Shown: positions 27,040-47,725 of the stretch, piece after piece
How the letters are laid out: every line of letters begins with the position of its first letter
Position numbering within the stretch: the first letter of the stretch is position 1
Assembly: GCF_009914755.1 (NCBI RefSeq)
Contig: NC_060947.1
Source: the human T2T-CHM13v2.0 reference genome, Homo sapiens
DNA: 64,000 bases
Direction: 5' to 3' (one strand)
Translations under genes and position numbers: made by a program
Notes under the pieces: model-generated
Seen by the model: only the letters and a program-made list of their open reading frames with translations
Databases searched by the model: none
Told to the model about the DNA's origin: nothing

Positions 27040-27240
27040 TTCTATTATTTATCATTGACAGGTAATAATTACAAATATTTATGGGATATACAGTGATATT
27101 TCAGTATGTGTATACAATGTGTAATGATCAAACCAGGGCAACTAGCATAACCACCATGTCAAGTGTTTATGATTTCTTTGTGTTCATTTGAAATATTCTC
27201 TTCAAGTTTTTTGAGCATATACAATAAATTATAGTTACCC
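27040..27240 (-). mobile_element. L1MA 3' end fragment
   Basis: ATATTTATGGGATATACAGTGATATTT...TACAATGTGTAATGATCAAA. Confidence 0.7.
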
Positions 27241-28090
27241 AGGTTTTATTTTATTTTTTGATAGAGATGTTTAAGAACGAAGACAAACTTACTCATTTTT
27301 GTAGACTCTGCAGGACCTTGCTTAGTTCCTCACATATGAAACATTTTATCATATTGAAATAGAAGACATTAACTAAAAATATACTAGAAAAAGGGATAAT
27401 AAATACCTGCTACTTCAAAAGGAAAGTCAAAAGCTTTTGGTCATAAGAAAAAGTTGGAAGAGAAAATTACAAAGCAGAGGAACATAAAGTTGGAGATAAT
27501 CACTTGGCCCAAAAAACTGGAAGTGCAGTTAAAACAGTTACACCAGTGGATTTAAAATAAATGAGAACACGAGAGAATGATGTAGCAACAGTGGATTTCT
27601 TTAAATGTCTTTGGTTCCTTAGAACACATTTGTGAACAAGAGTTTTTGAGTTTTCTATTAATTCTAAGCAGTTATATCTTGGTATACAGCTCTAACCCTA
27701 GATGCTTCTAAGCAAAATTACATTTCAGTCCTAAAACCTTCTGCTGAAAAGGATGCCTCTAGAGTGTTTTATTCCCTATCACCTTTAGAGAATTTGCAAA
27801 GTGGATTCCAGTGTCCACTTTTATTCTTGAAGTACTGTGTGGTCTCAGTCCGTTTAATAAGGGGATTGTTAACACCTTTAGTTCTAAGGAAAATGTAAAC
27901 CCTTTCTTCCAAAATTATGTTAAGAAGAAAAAACAATAATTTTCCATCTTCTCATGAAATTCGTAACATGAGCCCAAGCTAAAGGAGATTATCAGCAGCA
28001 AAACACACTAGGAATATTGTGGCTGATTTAGAATAAGTGAAGGAAGAGATGTTTAAAGAGACAGAGATAAAGCTGCCATATATATACCTA

Positions 28091-28620
<530 letters not shown>

Positions 28621-29804
28621 CAAGTTCTAGTCTTACACTAATTTTCACCTCAGTATCTACTAAGACAAACAGACGTATTTAAATAACACAGTTCTATTTA
28701 CATGAAGGTGCATCATGTGTTTAATATTTAAAGCTGGAATTCAGTAAATATACTAATCTCATCTATTAAAAGTCCATTCGTGTACTCTAAGTAGTCATCA
28801 CTAATGTTTCTAACGGTTCTATATGGTTATACTTTAAAATGAGCAAGATTTAGCAGATGTTGGCCACAGATCTGATTTAAGGATTTTTTACCTTATGTCA
28901 TTGGAACTATATTTGGTTTTTAGTAAAGCAGAAATGTTCATACAGAACTCATTTTACAATGTTTTAAAATGTCCATTGAACAAAAATTCTGAACTATCTC
29001 ATTTTATTTTTTAATGCAATCCATGATGTCTTCAACTGGCATCTTGCCAACACAGCTGGGCTCTTTAATTAACACACAGTTAAATTTATGTTAATGGCAT
29101 ATATATTGAAATTGATGTCATAAAATGTAACTATGACAATTCTGGCTGTGAATGAATTTTACCTAACATATTCTACATGGCTTGTGCCAAAATAAAGCAA
29201 ACATTTAAAGAGAGAGAGAGACACAGAGAGAGAGAGAAACAGATCTCATTGCAATACAAAGAAAAGGTCAGAGAGTTATCTGGTCTCCTTGTCTTTATGT
29301 TTAGATGGAAACTGCAGATTTATCTCTTATTACATATGATTATTCTGAAAAATCTGTCATGAGTCAATTTTTATGACTAGAGTCATATTTGAAGTGCACA
29401 GGGATGCTATGAAGAACTCCAATAAAGCTAAGAGTCATCCTAATTTTATATCTGTTGGTTCTTTTATATATAAATGTATATTTTAAATATCAGCCATTTT
29501 ATAGCTAATCTTATCTGTAATATTATTCTGTATCTCCTGCCATTTCTAGGCATTCTCAACAATAAATCATAATTTTATTATAATTATGACACTTTTCCAA
29601 TTTTCCTGTCTGAATTCCTGATAGGTCCTATGGTTTAGTAAAGCATATGAAATGTCTAATTTTAATCCAATGCCTTCTTATCATAGATATTGTGCTGGTG
29701 CAGTACCTTGCCAAATAATGTTGACTTGTTGATGTTTATTATTCTTATATCTCTAAATGAGAGACACCTAGTATGTGTGAAACTGTTCTTTGATTTTTTG
29801 TTAA

Positions 29805-31455
<1,651 letters not shown>

Positions 31456-32594
31456 ATATTGATTTCCGTGTTTTCTTCTAAGATTTTATCAAACACATTT
31501 TACTGTCCTTTTACATCTTATATATAAAAATGTTTCTCCAGTAGTCTCAATTACATATGTTACAATGTTAACTCTTAACAACTTTTATTTTCAGTGAAAA
31601 ACCTGGTAAGTAAGCAATTTTAACCATCTATCAGTTTGCAGAGTGCAGGACAAGGGCAGAGTTGTGTACAATGTGTGACTCTTTGTGTTACAACCAGAGG
31701 ACATGGCTACCTCCACATGACCCCAGGCCTTACCTAGAATTTAATAGTTGTAAAATAGACAAGTCAAAACAATTATCAAAAATGTTTAGAATCAGTTTGT
31801 AACCTTAAAACATCTACCAAAGACAGTATCTGACCTGCCTAATTCAGACCACATGTCTAAGTTTTGAAGACCATTTAATTTTGCCAATAATTTTTAAATT
31901 GTCTTTATTTTCCAGAGACCACTAAAGTCACATGAACCAGAAGGCATTTCATTTAAAGTTTTTTATTTTTCTGATAAAATATTTTATTTAAGTGTCTATT
32001 CTTTCCTTTTAAGGAAATTACTTAGAGCTCTTTCATGTACTTTGGTAGTAAAATATTACACACACGTGACATATATAAACACACAGACAGAAGCATATCT
32101 TATAGAGTTATAAGATGCATTTGCAAACTAACTATCAGGAAGTTGTATTTTGGCTTTTTAACTTAACTTGTTTCTTAAGTAGATTACTGGATTTAGGGAG
32201 GGGGGGTTTCTGGTTTCTTTTTCCCCCCAAGGGATCCCAGGCTGTTAGAAATTATTTTAGGTCCTCTCATGTGGGCATTGAGGGTGGCACGAAGAAGGAT
32301 GGACAGACAGTTGTAAATTGAAAAACAGACAGAATTTTTAAGTGACTAAGAATTTTTTTCTTCTTTCTCAGAAATAGAAGAGAGGCCTTAAAATTATATG
32401 TGTGTGTGTGTATAACTATATATATAATTTTATAATATACACATACACACAGAGATCTATATCAATTATAATTAAGTCGGCATTTAACTATAGAGCTCTT
32501 AAAGATAAATCTTTTCAAATATTACCAGATCTTAGCTGGGACAAACAGCTGATATTTCAAAAGTAGCATAAATATCAAAACAGAAAGAATTCAT

Positions 32595-32662
32595 TTCTTG
32601 TGTTGGTAATTGAACCCAGACTGTCACTGTGACAACACAAAATGTAACCACTAGGCCACAGC
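32595..32662 (-). pseudogene. Degenerate tRNA-Glu-like sequence embedded in the ERV internal region
   Basis: + strand GGTAATTGAACCCAGACTGTCACTGTGACAACACAAAATGTAACCACTAGGCCAC parallels reverse-complement tRNA-Glu GGGAATCGAACCCGGGCCGCGGCGGTGAGAGCGCCGAATCCTAACCACTAGACCAC, with many CpG-type changes. Confidence 0.6.
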
Positions 32663-33208
32663 ATGGGGTGGTCTCCATTGCAGCCAGCAGGCTGCATAGG
32701 CGAACCAAATTAACATTTTCTATTCTGGCAGTGAGTAATATACACATTACAAAACACAGACACTAAGGTGCCAAAGACAACCAAAAGACCTTTCAAGACA
32801 GAGCTCCAAACCAAAATTTCCCAAGGGTTTTCTTCCAAACATGCTTCCTGTTTTTCATCCAATTGAGGAATATTTCGCCAAGTCAAGACCCTCCCTACAA
32901 TCTAGGGAGGGCCAATCCAAGACTTGTAAGGGAGTCCTGATGCCTCTGGGAGGCTATGGAATCAGGAGAAGGGAAGGGATGTTGATTGCACTTAGAATGC
33001 TCACCTCAAAATCCCAAAGCATATCTTCCAATTCCATAAACTTTTTTCACTGCAAGGAAGTTAAGACACAATAGGTCAACCACACCAGTAAGAACAGTGC
33101 CAGGTGCAGCCTTCAGTTCAAAAGAGCTGCACAGCTGCTGTGGCTTGCCTCCTGGTCCACTCCATTGGCAAGGGGCCGCCAAACTGAGAGTAAACACCCT
33201 TAGGGCAG

Positions 33209-33226
33209 ATACTGGAAGAGCCCCCA
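33209..33226 (-). promoter_or_regulatory. Retroviral primer-binding site, tRNA-Pro
   Basis: Minus strand TGGGGGCTCTTCCAGTAT matches PBS-Pro TGGGGGCTCGTCCGGGAT at 15/18 positions and lies 4 nt from the LTR end. Confidence 0.8.
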
Positions 33227-33230
33227 AATT

Positions 33231-34986
<1,756 letters not shown>

Positions 34987-35638
34987 AGAACCCATATATG
35001 AAAGCCTAGCACTGAAATAGCGGAGATTCACTGCTATGCCTGAACCATTCACTTTTTGAGAGCTCTATGAAAAAGAAATTTCTGTCTTATTCAAACCACT
35101 TGATTTTGTGTCTATTTTACAGCAGCATTGTCTATCCTTCAACTAATATATTTTTCATGTGAATCAAGCAAAAAAAAAAAACAGCTTTAAACACAATTAG
35201 AAGTATTACCTTGTATAGCTGAAGAAATACATCTGTACATGCTTGTTTACTTAAGACTTTAAAGATAGTAATAACTATAACAACAAAATTATATTTCTTA
35301 GGTAAACAGGAACTCACAGGCATGTTTTAAGTAAAAATCATAAAGAAATAAAATTTTAAAACATTAATTAAAATGGAAAGCAAGCATAAGTCCAAAGTTT
35401 TAACTACTTAGTCAACAAATAGTTCATTAAAAATAAAACATGTGTTAGATATTTATCAATAGCTAAATGAATAAATCTATGACTCCAATAAGGGATTCAG
35501 TGTTCCATAAAGTTACCTAATGACTCATATTACCAACACTTGAAAATGACTATTAGCTCATTCTGTAGTAGAAGTAACAAAAGGAGATATAAAGTTCTGA
35601 GCCTGAGTCACACCCTTTGGACTAGGCCACAGGGGCTT

Positions 35639-35750
35639 AGCATAGTACCAATGAACGGGGACCTGACTCTCCTACTTATGTCACATGGCCAGCATAGTAC
35701 CAATGAACAGGGTCCTGGCTCTCCTACTTATGTCACATGGCCAGCATAGT
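35639..35750. repeat. 52-bp tandem duplication (2.15 copies)
   Basis: AGCATAGTACCAATGAAC(G/A)GGG(A/T)CCTG(A/G)CTCTCCTACTTATGTCACATGGCC x2, 3 mismatches. Confidence 0.95.
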
Positions 35751-36074
35751 GACAATGCCACAGCTAAAGTAGAGTTGCCTCATAGCCTGCAGGCTCCTCA
35801 AAAACAATTATCCTTCTCAATTAATTTACATAAAAAGAATGGTTTATTTTGCAGAAACATTATGCATTTTTGCTTTAATTTCTCTCTGTTCAGCCTGAGA
35901 TTTTTTTTTAACCCCTAAAACTGAAGAAGGGAAGTGGTAATCAGTGGAGAAATGAAGCCTTTTTTTTTTTTTTTGGAGGATGTATATTTTGAAAAGTCTA
36001 TTGAGAACAAAATTTACAGAAGCATACAATGTATTTTAGTTCTAAATTTCCAAAGAGATGTAAGTAGATATTTC

Positions 36075-36694
36075 TGTTAGAGGTGTTTGTAATCATTTTT
36101 GCATAGAAACACCATAAAGATTTGTGGAGAAATGCAGTAAAAACAGGGCTGCCCAGAAATAATCAAGTTTTGGGATATTATATAAATGAAACCCAAAAGC
36201 TCAAGAATGAAGTTGTCAGAGTAGGCAAATGAGCAGGAGGAGAAGGCCCTGAGAAAAGAAGATCTGGGAAATCTCACACCCAGAGACCACCCAAAATAAC
36301 ATGGGATAGGAACTAGGCGGGGTTGCCGAGGAGAGGGGGAAGCTGAGGACTTAAGGCAGAAGCAGGAAACTAAACTAAACAAAGAGGCAGGAACCTAAAG
36401 AGTCCAACATAATAAAAGCCACAAAACGGAACTGTCAGAGCTGCTGGCTCATTCTCTTTCAAGCAGCCCCAACTGCCTCTTTAAATAAACTCTGCTACCA
36501 CTTAATTCTTGCTGCTACTGCTGTGTCTCCCAGCTGGGTCAACCCACTCTTCTCTTGAAGTATATTTACTTCAATAAACTCCCTGCTCTTTATTTTCCTT
36601 CAATAAATTATCTGCTGTTTGTTAAATTGTCCTTTGGCCCAATTCTTTGTACCAAGAACGACAAGAACCAGGGACTCAACTCTTCCCAGCAAGA
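36075..36694 (+). mobile_element. Probable solo ERV LTR, unassigned
   Basis: TGTTAGAGG start, several AATAAA motifs, and a U5-like end TTCTTTGTACCAAGAACGACAAGAACC...CAGCAAGA. Confidence 0.5.
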
Positions 36695-36865
36695 AAATCT
36701 TCTGGCAAAACCCAAACACCACTCTATTCAACAATAACTATGTAGATTGTTCCTAGAAATTACATTCCTTTACTCTAACTTTCACAAAATAAATAAATAA
36801 AAATTTTAAATAAAAACTCTGTTTAAAACTCTGAAGTCATAGCTAGTAACCTCCAGGTTCCTGGC

Positions 36866-37360
36866 ATTTTATTTTTCAACTTTTATTTTAGGTTTAGTGT
36901 GTACATGTGCAGGTTTGTTACATGGGTAAATTTTGTGCTGCTAGGATTTGGTGTAGAATTAATTTCATTACCCAGGTAGTGAGCATAGTACCCAATAGGT
37001 AGTTTTTCAACCCTTGCCCTCCTCCCACCTGTCTCCCTCAAGTAGGCCCCAGTACCTTTTATTCTCATCATTGTGTCCATGTGTACTCAGTGTTTGGCTC
37101 CCACTTATAAGTGAGAATGTGCAGTATTTGGTTGTCTGTTTCTGTGTTAATTCACTTAGGACACTGGTCACCAGCTTCATTCATGTTCCTGCAAAGGGCA
37201 TGATTACATTTTTTTTCATGGCTGCATAGTATTCTATGATATATATGTACCATATTTTTAAAATCCAGCTCACTGTTGACAGACATCTATGTTCATTCCA
37301 TGTCTTTGTTATTGTGAATAGTGCTATAATGAATTTAGGAGCATGTGTGTCTTTCTGGTT
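36866..37360 (-). mobile_element. L1PA15/16-like 3' end
   Basis: GTACATGTGCAGGTTTGTTACATGGGTAAA...GCTCCCACTTATAAGTGAGAA. Confidence 0.88.
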
Positions 37361-37364
37361 GATA

Positions 37365-37545
37365 ATGATCCGTCAATGTTATTTCATCTACTGTAGCCAA
37401 TGTACCACTCTGGTGCTGAATGATGGTGGTCAGGGAGGCTATACATGCTGATGGGGAGAAAGTATATAGAAACTCTCTGTTCCACTCAACTTTGCTGTGA
37501 ACATAAAACTCTCTAAAAATTAGAGTTTATATAAAAATTGAAAAA
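37365..37545 (+). mobile_element. L1MB/MC 3' end fragment
   Basis: AATGTACCACTCTGGTG...GGGAGGCTAT...TTTGCTGTGAAC. Confidence 0.7.
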
Positions 37546-38302
37546 AGAGAGTCTTACTTTTTTATACAACAGTATATTGTCAATGGACATTCTATTTTTA
37601 TTATAGGGATATCATAAGAGTCAATTTTCAGTATGGCACACATGGTTTCTCTAGTGGAATAATTTGAGGGATCATCTTGACTATAATTTCTTCCATTTTA
37701 AAATTATCATAATTATTTACTGTATGTCATATGATATATATAATATTATTTGTAATTCATCTAATAACTAAGTCTTGCAATCTTTATCCTTAACTTCATA
37801 GATATTGAGAGCGAAGCTAAAGAAAGGATATATAAGTTTTGCAAGGTCACAGTAGTAGTAAAAAGCAGAAATGAAATTAAGACAGGGACCAACTAATTCT
37901 GGAGCCATGTTATTCTAACCCAGTTCAGGGATCTCCTCCAGAATCACTTCTTAGATCTTTTGCCTTGGAAACCATTTCACTAAGAGACACAAATCCTTAA
38001 AAAAAAGGTACCAGAATGTCCATGCAAAAAATAATTTTGTTAAAAGTTATTTAAAGCACTTTGCAAAGCAATAGGGGTTGTATTATTGGTGCTCATGTCC
38101 TCTATATTTTACTAATCTCATTATCATCATTATGTAGCATGCATTCATGAACGCATTGAACAGTTTTCAGAAAAATAGCGCTTACTGACTGCCAAGTACA
38201 TTGAGTAAAATAAATCATTCTCACATGCAGAATGTATTTTATGTACATTTTAGGATAGCAGATAAATGGGAATTATAAAATAATCCTGATAGAATGAACA
38301 TG

Positions 38303-38600
<298 letters not shown>

Positions 38601-38804
38601 TTAGAAGAGAGTATAAAAGTTTGTATTTTTTGATCCAGTCATATCACGTTTGAGAACTTTATAATATCTAGAAATGGCTGCAGTCATTTATAAACATATG
38701 TTAGCATTTTTTGTTTAACCTTTTTTTTTGCATACTTCTAGTTTCCAACATCCTTGATGACTGAAATATGCCAAGTCATACTTCAGACAAATAATCATGA
38801 ATAG

Positions 38805-39132
<328 letters not shown>

Positions 39133-40375
39133 AAGTTTGTTCATTTTTTATGGTCGTCATGATGGAGATAGGGATCCTCTGTGGTTAATGAAAACCACTC
39201 ATTAAATTCAATATAGATGTTGCAATTAAGTATCTGCAGAGTACTTAGTGCCAATGAATATAAATTATTTCAGAATTCATCCAGAAATTGAAAATATATT
39301 ATTTCTGACCTGATCTATAATAGTACTAACATGGTATTAGTTTGTTATTAATCACAAATCTCTTCTTTTCATGTACAATTCTATATACTATTTTAGTGTC
39401 AACTACATTAATTCACCCTGACTTTACCTTTTCCTTAAAGCCTTTCTGAAGGAAGTCATAATACATGAGAATTTAAATTTATATTTTATAATACATAACT
39501 TGATTAGGAGAATATAATGAAACTGACAGATCACAGAAACAGGGATTTATAACAAGATATCAAAACAGCCAGTTATTTTTTAGGGCCGCTTCTTCCTTTA
39601 ACAACCAAATTCTGAATTCTAACATTTCACCTCGGATCCCTGATTCAATATTTTCCTCAAATACCTTCTGACTACCATCAGCTCATTAAATTTTACAAGA
39701 ATTATTTTATTAACTAATTTGCATAAGGACACAGAAGTACATATTAACCAAGTTTCTCACCATCATAATTGTTTGAAGGAAATAATTCACTGAGGTTTTA
39801 GTGTTTTTATTGCTGTTCTCTACTTAATTGATGGTTGCTTCCCTGACATTTGCTCATTCTTAAATTGGGGGCAGATTTTGTTATAGTTCTCACACTTATT
39901 TGGATGGTAGCTAATAAGTTCTTCTTTGCTGAAGGAAGTGCCATTCAACTTTTAAGTAACTTAAGATATATTCATGCTTCCATAATGAAATATTTCCAAT
40001 TCTGTTCATACTGCTTCTCCAGACATGCCTTTGATTTCTTTGTTGCTTTTTTCTCTTCATATGAACATAATCTATTTTGCCAGTTCTGAATTATGTCAGC
40101 CACTAATTGGGAGATTTTGTGATTGAGCAGAGAAGTGATGTATTTATGAAAATGGTTCACTGGGTAATTCTGCAGTTACATAAAGACCCAAGCCTCAGAA
40201 AAGCATTATAGCCCAGTTGGCACCTTGATTTCACCCTGTGGAACCTGAGAAGAGGATCTATCTATGTCATGTTAGACTTTGATTTTCAGAACTCTAAGAT
40301 AAGTGGGTGTTGTTTAAAGGAATTTAGTTTGTGCTCAATTGGTATGAAAGCAAAAGGGCATTTTTAGCAGTTTGA

Positions 40376-42006
<1,631 letters not shown>

Positions 42007-42641
42007 TATAATTATTTTGCATGCTGTCCCATTTACAAATACAACTTAAAATTTATTGACAGCAAGAATTATTACTTTATTAATTGTGTATTTGTGCAAA
42101 GATAGTGATCAATGAAAAATTCTAATAACTGGCCAACTGTATTTAACCAATAATTACCTCTATTATATACAACATTTTATTCACAGACACCATGATCATT
42201 GATATCATAGAATCAAAAGTGTTATTTTGGGTTTAGCAGTGATTCTTAAAAGAAGGGAAAGAAAAAAAGAATAGATAGACTACTCCAGCAAATGCTGTGA
42301 TTGCTCTGCCCTTTCGTCTTTATCCTCTGGGATGTTTTTTACTTGTGCTTTGCTCCCATCATCTGGGGAGGCATAGTGGGCTATGTGTAACCTTCCTCAG
42401 CGAACTACCCTTGGGCTACAGGATTGTTCAAAACCAGAAGAACCTGGGAGTTTATGTCTCCTGGGACAGGCCCACATCCAATACCTGTGTGGTGTGAGAA
42501 TTTCAAATCCCAGCTCCCTATCCTCAAACTAGAAAAACACTTTGGTGTTATTTAAGGTCCAGAGAATCATATAGGATCAAACTGAGCCTGGGTCTTTAAC
42601 TTAAATTTCACTCTTATTTGGAGGGTTTAAGTCTGTTTCTC

Positions 42642-43329
<688 letters not shown>

Positions 43330-44603
43330 TTTTCCTACCCCCTTACTGTTTTTTTCCTAGGAGTGTTTCCTTAATATATCACATATCTATGACTCTTCAT
43401 TTAAGAGTTCGTTTGTAGACAATTTCACTGAAGAAAAATAGAAAACGAACAAACAAAAAGAGAATTATTGGTTCAATCATTTATAAAAAGATAAAAGATA
43501 ATGAAAATAAAATTTTATTCAGAGAATCAGGTGGGAATAAATACACTAATTTTTGTTACAAACCTACTTTATTGAAGATGACCATATTTGATATCAGATG
43601 TTCCCATAAAGAGTAATTGACATAGAAAATCGACATGACCACATTCTTCTATGGAACACAGAACACAGAAATTCTTTAAGTTATGTAACATAGCTATATA
43701 GGAAATTCAAACACTGGAATCATTAGTATTACAATATATTAAAACAGAAAAGGTATTTGTGGTTAATAATATTAATATTCTAAGCTTTAATAAAAATATT
43801 TTCTGGAAAATGTATGATACGTTTTTCAAAAAACAATGGTAATAATATTTATGGATTCCTACACCAATTTAAGCAGACAGAAATATTGAATGGTATGGGC
43901 TTCACTCTAAAAATAGTAGTACAGTGACAGTGAAATGAAAAGTCACCCTGACACTATGGATTTCAATTCCGTTCTGGAATTTAAATACCAACCTTCAGAC
44001 ATTGATTATTTATAATGGTTCTACTGGGCATAAATCAGGATGGACATTTCTGGTAACAAGAGGAATGATTTGATGCAGATGTTGATGAAAGTGATGGCAA
44101 TGGACTTTTACTATTCTTGCCAGGTCCTGTGCTAAACACCTAATATGCATTACTTTATTTCCATAAATTCTCTCAACAGTCTTAGAGATTGTGTATGACT
44201 ACCTTTCTCAGACTCTGACTCTAATAAAGGTCCTGAAAAAGTCAGTCACACAATTAGAAAAGTAAAAAAGTAAAGAAAAAGAGTCACACAATTAGAAAAT
44301 AGAGGGGTAAGGTACAAGTTCACCCTACTTATAACAAAACTATAGTCTTAGCCACTGCAATGGGAATGGTTAGTTGCCAGATATGTCTTGCTCTATATAT
44401 ATGCTCAAATTTAGGAAGTCTGCATAAAGCCATCTACACAACAGTGAATTTAAGCACTTGTACCCCTTTTCATCAAATTCTCAATTATGCCATTAAGCAA
44501 AATATATTTTAATAATTTCTGGCTGTTCTGCAATGTAAAATTTTATGTTTATTTTAGAAAATAGTTTAAATAAAAGTTCTATTTGTGAAAACTATAAATA
44601 TTC

Positions 44604-45378
44604 TCTTAGGTTCTCAGGAGAAAATATATTTGATTTCAAATGCTCCTTGGAATTAACATTAACTGACCTGTACAAAATTGTCTTCACCAAATATTTATAT
44701 GGAGCACATGATGAATTCTTAAAAGAGATGGGAATTAGCAGGGAGAAAAGGCATACAAATTTATTAACATGCACAAGTGCACAGGAGCCACACAAAATAT
44801 GAAACTCAAAGAAGGTCCAGATGGTTGAAGCTTAAATGCCCTCCTCACAGAAGAGAGGGAAGTGGGAGGAAAAGTAAATAAGTTTTAGGGGACATGAGTA
44901 GGCATAAGAGCAGATAGTAGCCTGGGACAAAGTTTCCTTAGGCCCTGGGTAAGGAGAAGAAGGTGGCCTGCAGAACTGCACTGTGAAAGAAGGTTGTTAT
45001 ATTATGCAGATAAAGTATCTCAGGTCACTGCCCTTAGAAGAAGAGTTGAAAGAATGGCTGAAAAGTCTGTCCTGTGTGGTGTCCTGGATATGGAGACTTT
45101 TAGTTTTCTCTTCTGGGATGCATGTTAATCTTCTCTGGTTTATGTAGACTACAGGGAGGAGGCCCAAGACAATTGCATTCCCTCTGGATAAACTTCCCTC
45201 AGCCAGATAAGGGAACTTCAGAGACAGCCCCTGCACTTCAGAAGGGAAGGGTAGGAGATGGTCAAAGGGAGAATTTAGTTCTGAGGCTTATTTTAGAGGC
45301 CTTGCAATCTCCTTTGTTCAAAGCACTCAGTATGCCAAAGCAGCATTATTTCGTAGTATTGTTTTCTGAGCCCCAACA
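44604..45378 (-). mobile_element. MER39/MER34-group solo LTR
   Basis: Minus strand starts TGTTGGGGCTCAGAAAACAATAC, the same terminus as the LTR at 59862. Confidence 0.78.
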
Positions 45379-45553
45379 ATTTCTTAGCTCCCCCTTAAAT
45401 CTGTAGTTTATATTTTCAACTTGTGGAAGAATTGGAAGACTAGTACAATAAACACACAAACATCTTGCACTAGCTCACCAATTAACATTGAGCCACATAT
45501 GTGCTTTTTTCTCTTTTCATTGCTGTTATTTACAATTTATTTTCTTAAAGCAT

Positions 45554-45622
45554 ATGCATGTATGCACATGCGCACACATATACACATGCACACACATATA
45601 CACATACACACACATTCACACA
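45554..45622. repeat. Imperfect (CA/TA) microsatellite
   Basis: Read directly; lies within an old L1M-like fragment (~45400-46910). Confidence 0.85.
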
Positions 45623-45901
45623 TAAATATTTGGCAGATGTCTTCTAAGAACAAAAACATTCTACCATATAATAACAATTCCATCATCACAAACAAGAAAT
45701 TTAATCATGATACAACAACATTCTCTAGTTTATAGATCATATCCAAGAGTTCCAATGATGTCAGGGTCCAAATTGGGATCACTCATTTCATTTAGTCTCC
45801 TTTAACCCAAGACAGTCTTCAAACTTTGTTTAATAGTTCATGTCATGGATATTTTTGAAGAATCAAAGTCAATCTCTTTATTGCTCTCATTGTCCTCTGA
45901 A

Positions 45902-46641
45902 TGTAAACCAAAAATAAAATTCTAAGCCCCCAGCCAACTAGATAGACCCTTTCTCTTGGTCAAGGTCATTCTAAAGTAAACCTGAAACACTAGCTCAGGC
46001 CATGATAAGAATGAATGGTAGGACACGCCTTATTATAATCTCTTTCCTTTGGAATTCACGCACAGCTAACCAGCATGAACATTAAAACAGAGACCTTAAG
46101 ACTAACCAAACAGATTCTTTGTAGCAATAAGAAACCAACATGACAGATAACAGATCCTGAAAGAAGCATTTCAGGAGTATTTTACACCCCAAATGTATTG
46201 TTTTGACATATTTTGAAATGGCCCTGTAAAGCTAAACATTTACAATCTATTTTCTCTGAAGCCTGCTCCTGGAAGCTCCATCTACATACTAAGATTCTTG
46301 GTGTCCACAGCCCCTTATCTTAACCCAGACACTCCCTTCTATTGATTCCAAGGCTTTAGATAAACTCTTAACCAATTGCCAATCAGGAAATCTTTGCATT
46401 AATCTATGACCTGGAAGCCCCCTGCTTCCAGTTGTCCCACCTTTCTAGACTGAACCAATGTACATCTCATGTATATATTAATTGATGTCTATGTCTCCCT
46501 AAAATGCAAGGTGTAGCTCAACCACCTTGGGCATATGTTCTCAGGATCTCCTGGGGCTGTGTCACAGGCCATGGTCACTCACATTTAGCTCAAAATAAAT
46601 CTCTTCAAATATTTTACAGAGGTTGACTCTTTTCATCAACA
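45902..46641 (+). mobile_element. MER4-family solo LTR
   Basis: TGTAAACCAAAAATAAAATTCTAAGCCCC...AATAAATCTCTTCAAATATTTTACAGAG..TCAACA. Confidence 0.88.
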
Positions 46642-47040
46642 CATGATTGGATAAAGCTTAACCTTTTCTGGCAAGAGAGCTTCATGTATGCTTTCAATTA
46701 GTTTTCATTATATCCCATCAGGAAGCTCAGCAGGTCAGTGCACCAAGTTATTAGTGACGTTGAGTTTGATCATTTGGCTACAATGGTATCCACAGGATAT
46801 TTTATGTTAAAACTACCTTTTCCCCTTTGTAATTGACAGGCACCTCAAAGTAACTCTGAAACTGTGTGAGCATCTTTCTTTATCAGCTTTTCCCCAAATG
46901 ATCCTGCAGATAAAGTGTACACTGTGTTTGGGTTGTGTAAAGCCTTCTGGAAAGACTCTTCTGAGATTCTATTCCAGTGGTTCCAAGATCCCAAAACTGA
47001 AAGACACAGTGACGGACAACATCAGAAATTATTGTCAATA

Positions 47041-47222
47041 TTAGCCTCATGTGGTGGCACATACCTGTAGTCCCAGCTACTCAGGAGGCTAAAGCAGGAG
47101 AATCATTTGAGCCTAGGGGTTCAAGACTGCAGCAAGCCACGATTGTGCTACTGCACTCCAGCCAGAGCAACAGAGAGAAAGAGACCCCGTCTCTAAAAAC
47201 AAAGAAACAAACAAACAAATAA
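47041..47222 (+). mobile_element. AluJ/FRAM right monomer
   Basis: TTAGCC..GTGGTGGCACATACCTGTAGTCCCAGCTAC...TTTGAGCCTAGG. Confidence 0.88.
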
Positions 47223-47446
47223 ATATCACTTTTTTTTTTGTAACAAACTTCAATCCATGTATACAGTCCTCTGATACTACAGGAAATCAACTCCTGTACA
47301 TTCCTCCTAGTGATTGTTTAAGAACAGCAGTCTTTTAGAACCACAAGAAGCTAAGGATTATGGTGATAATTGATCTACTTCTATGCAAATAAAGTACTTC
47401 TATGTAAACACTTTTTCTATGGTGCATCCTTTTTGTATTTAAATAT

Positions 47447-47450
<4 letters not shown>

Positions 47451-47500
<50 letters not shown>

Positions 47501-47507
47501 ACACACA
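47451..47507. repeat. (TA)n(CA)n microsatellite
   Basis: Read directly from the sequence. Confidence 0.95.
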
Positions 47508-47725
47508 GATATACTCCAAATATATCACGTTAATTTTTGGCTAGTTCACATTTTATAGGATATGAGTTAGTTCATTCAGCCAAATCATTTGACTAACTTC
47601 TGCTAAGAATTTATCGACAAGAGTCTGTTTATTTCTAGTACAAATCAGCATACAATAAATGTCATAGGCTTATAACTGGGATGTTAGTTTTGTTATTATA
47701 ATTCAAAAATGTATTTTTATAATGC

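Larger units (their letters stand above)
31460..33230 (-). mobile_element. MER4-group ERV internal region (5' leader and truncated body)
   Basis: AT-rich internal motifs similar to those at 12300-12650 (e.g. AAGTCACATGAAC). Contiguous with a PBS and an LTR. Confidence 0.72.

Noticed and set aside
32595-32662. Functional tRNA gene
   Set aside because: Stems and internal promoter boxes are heavily mutated, and it is embedded in an ERV.
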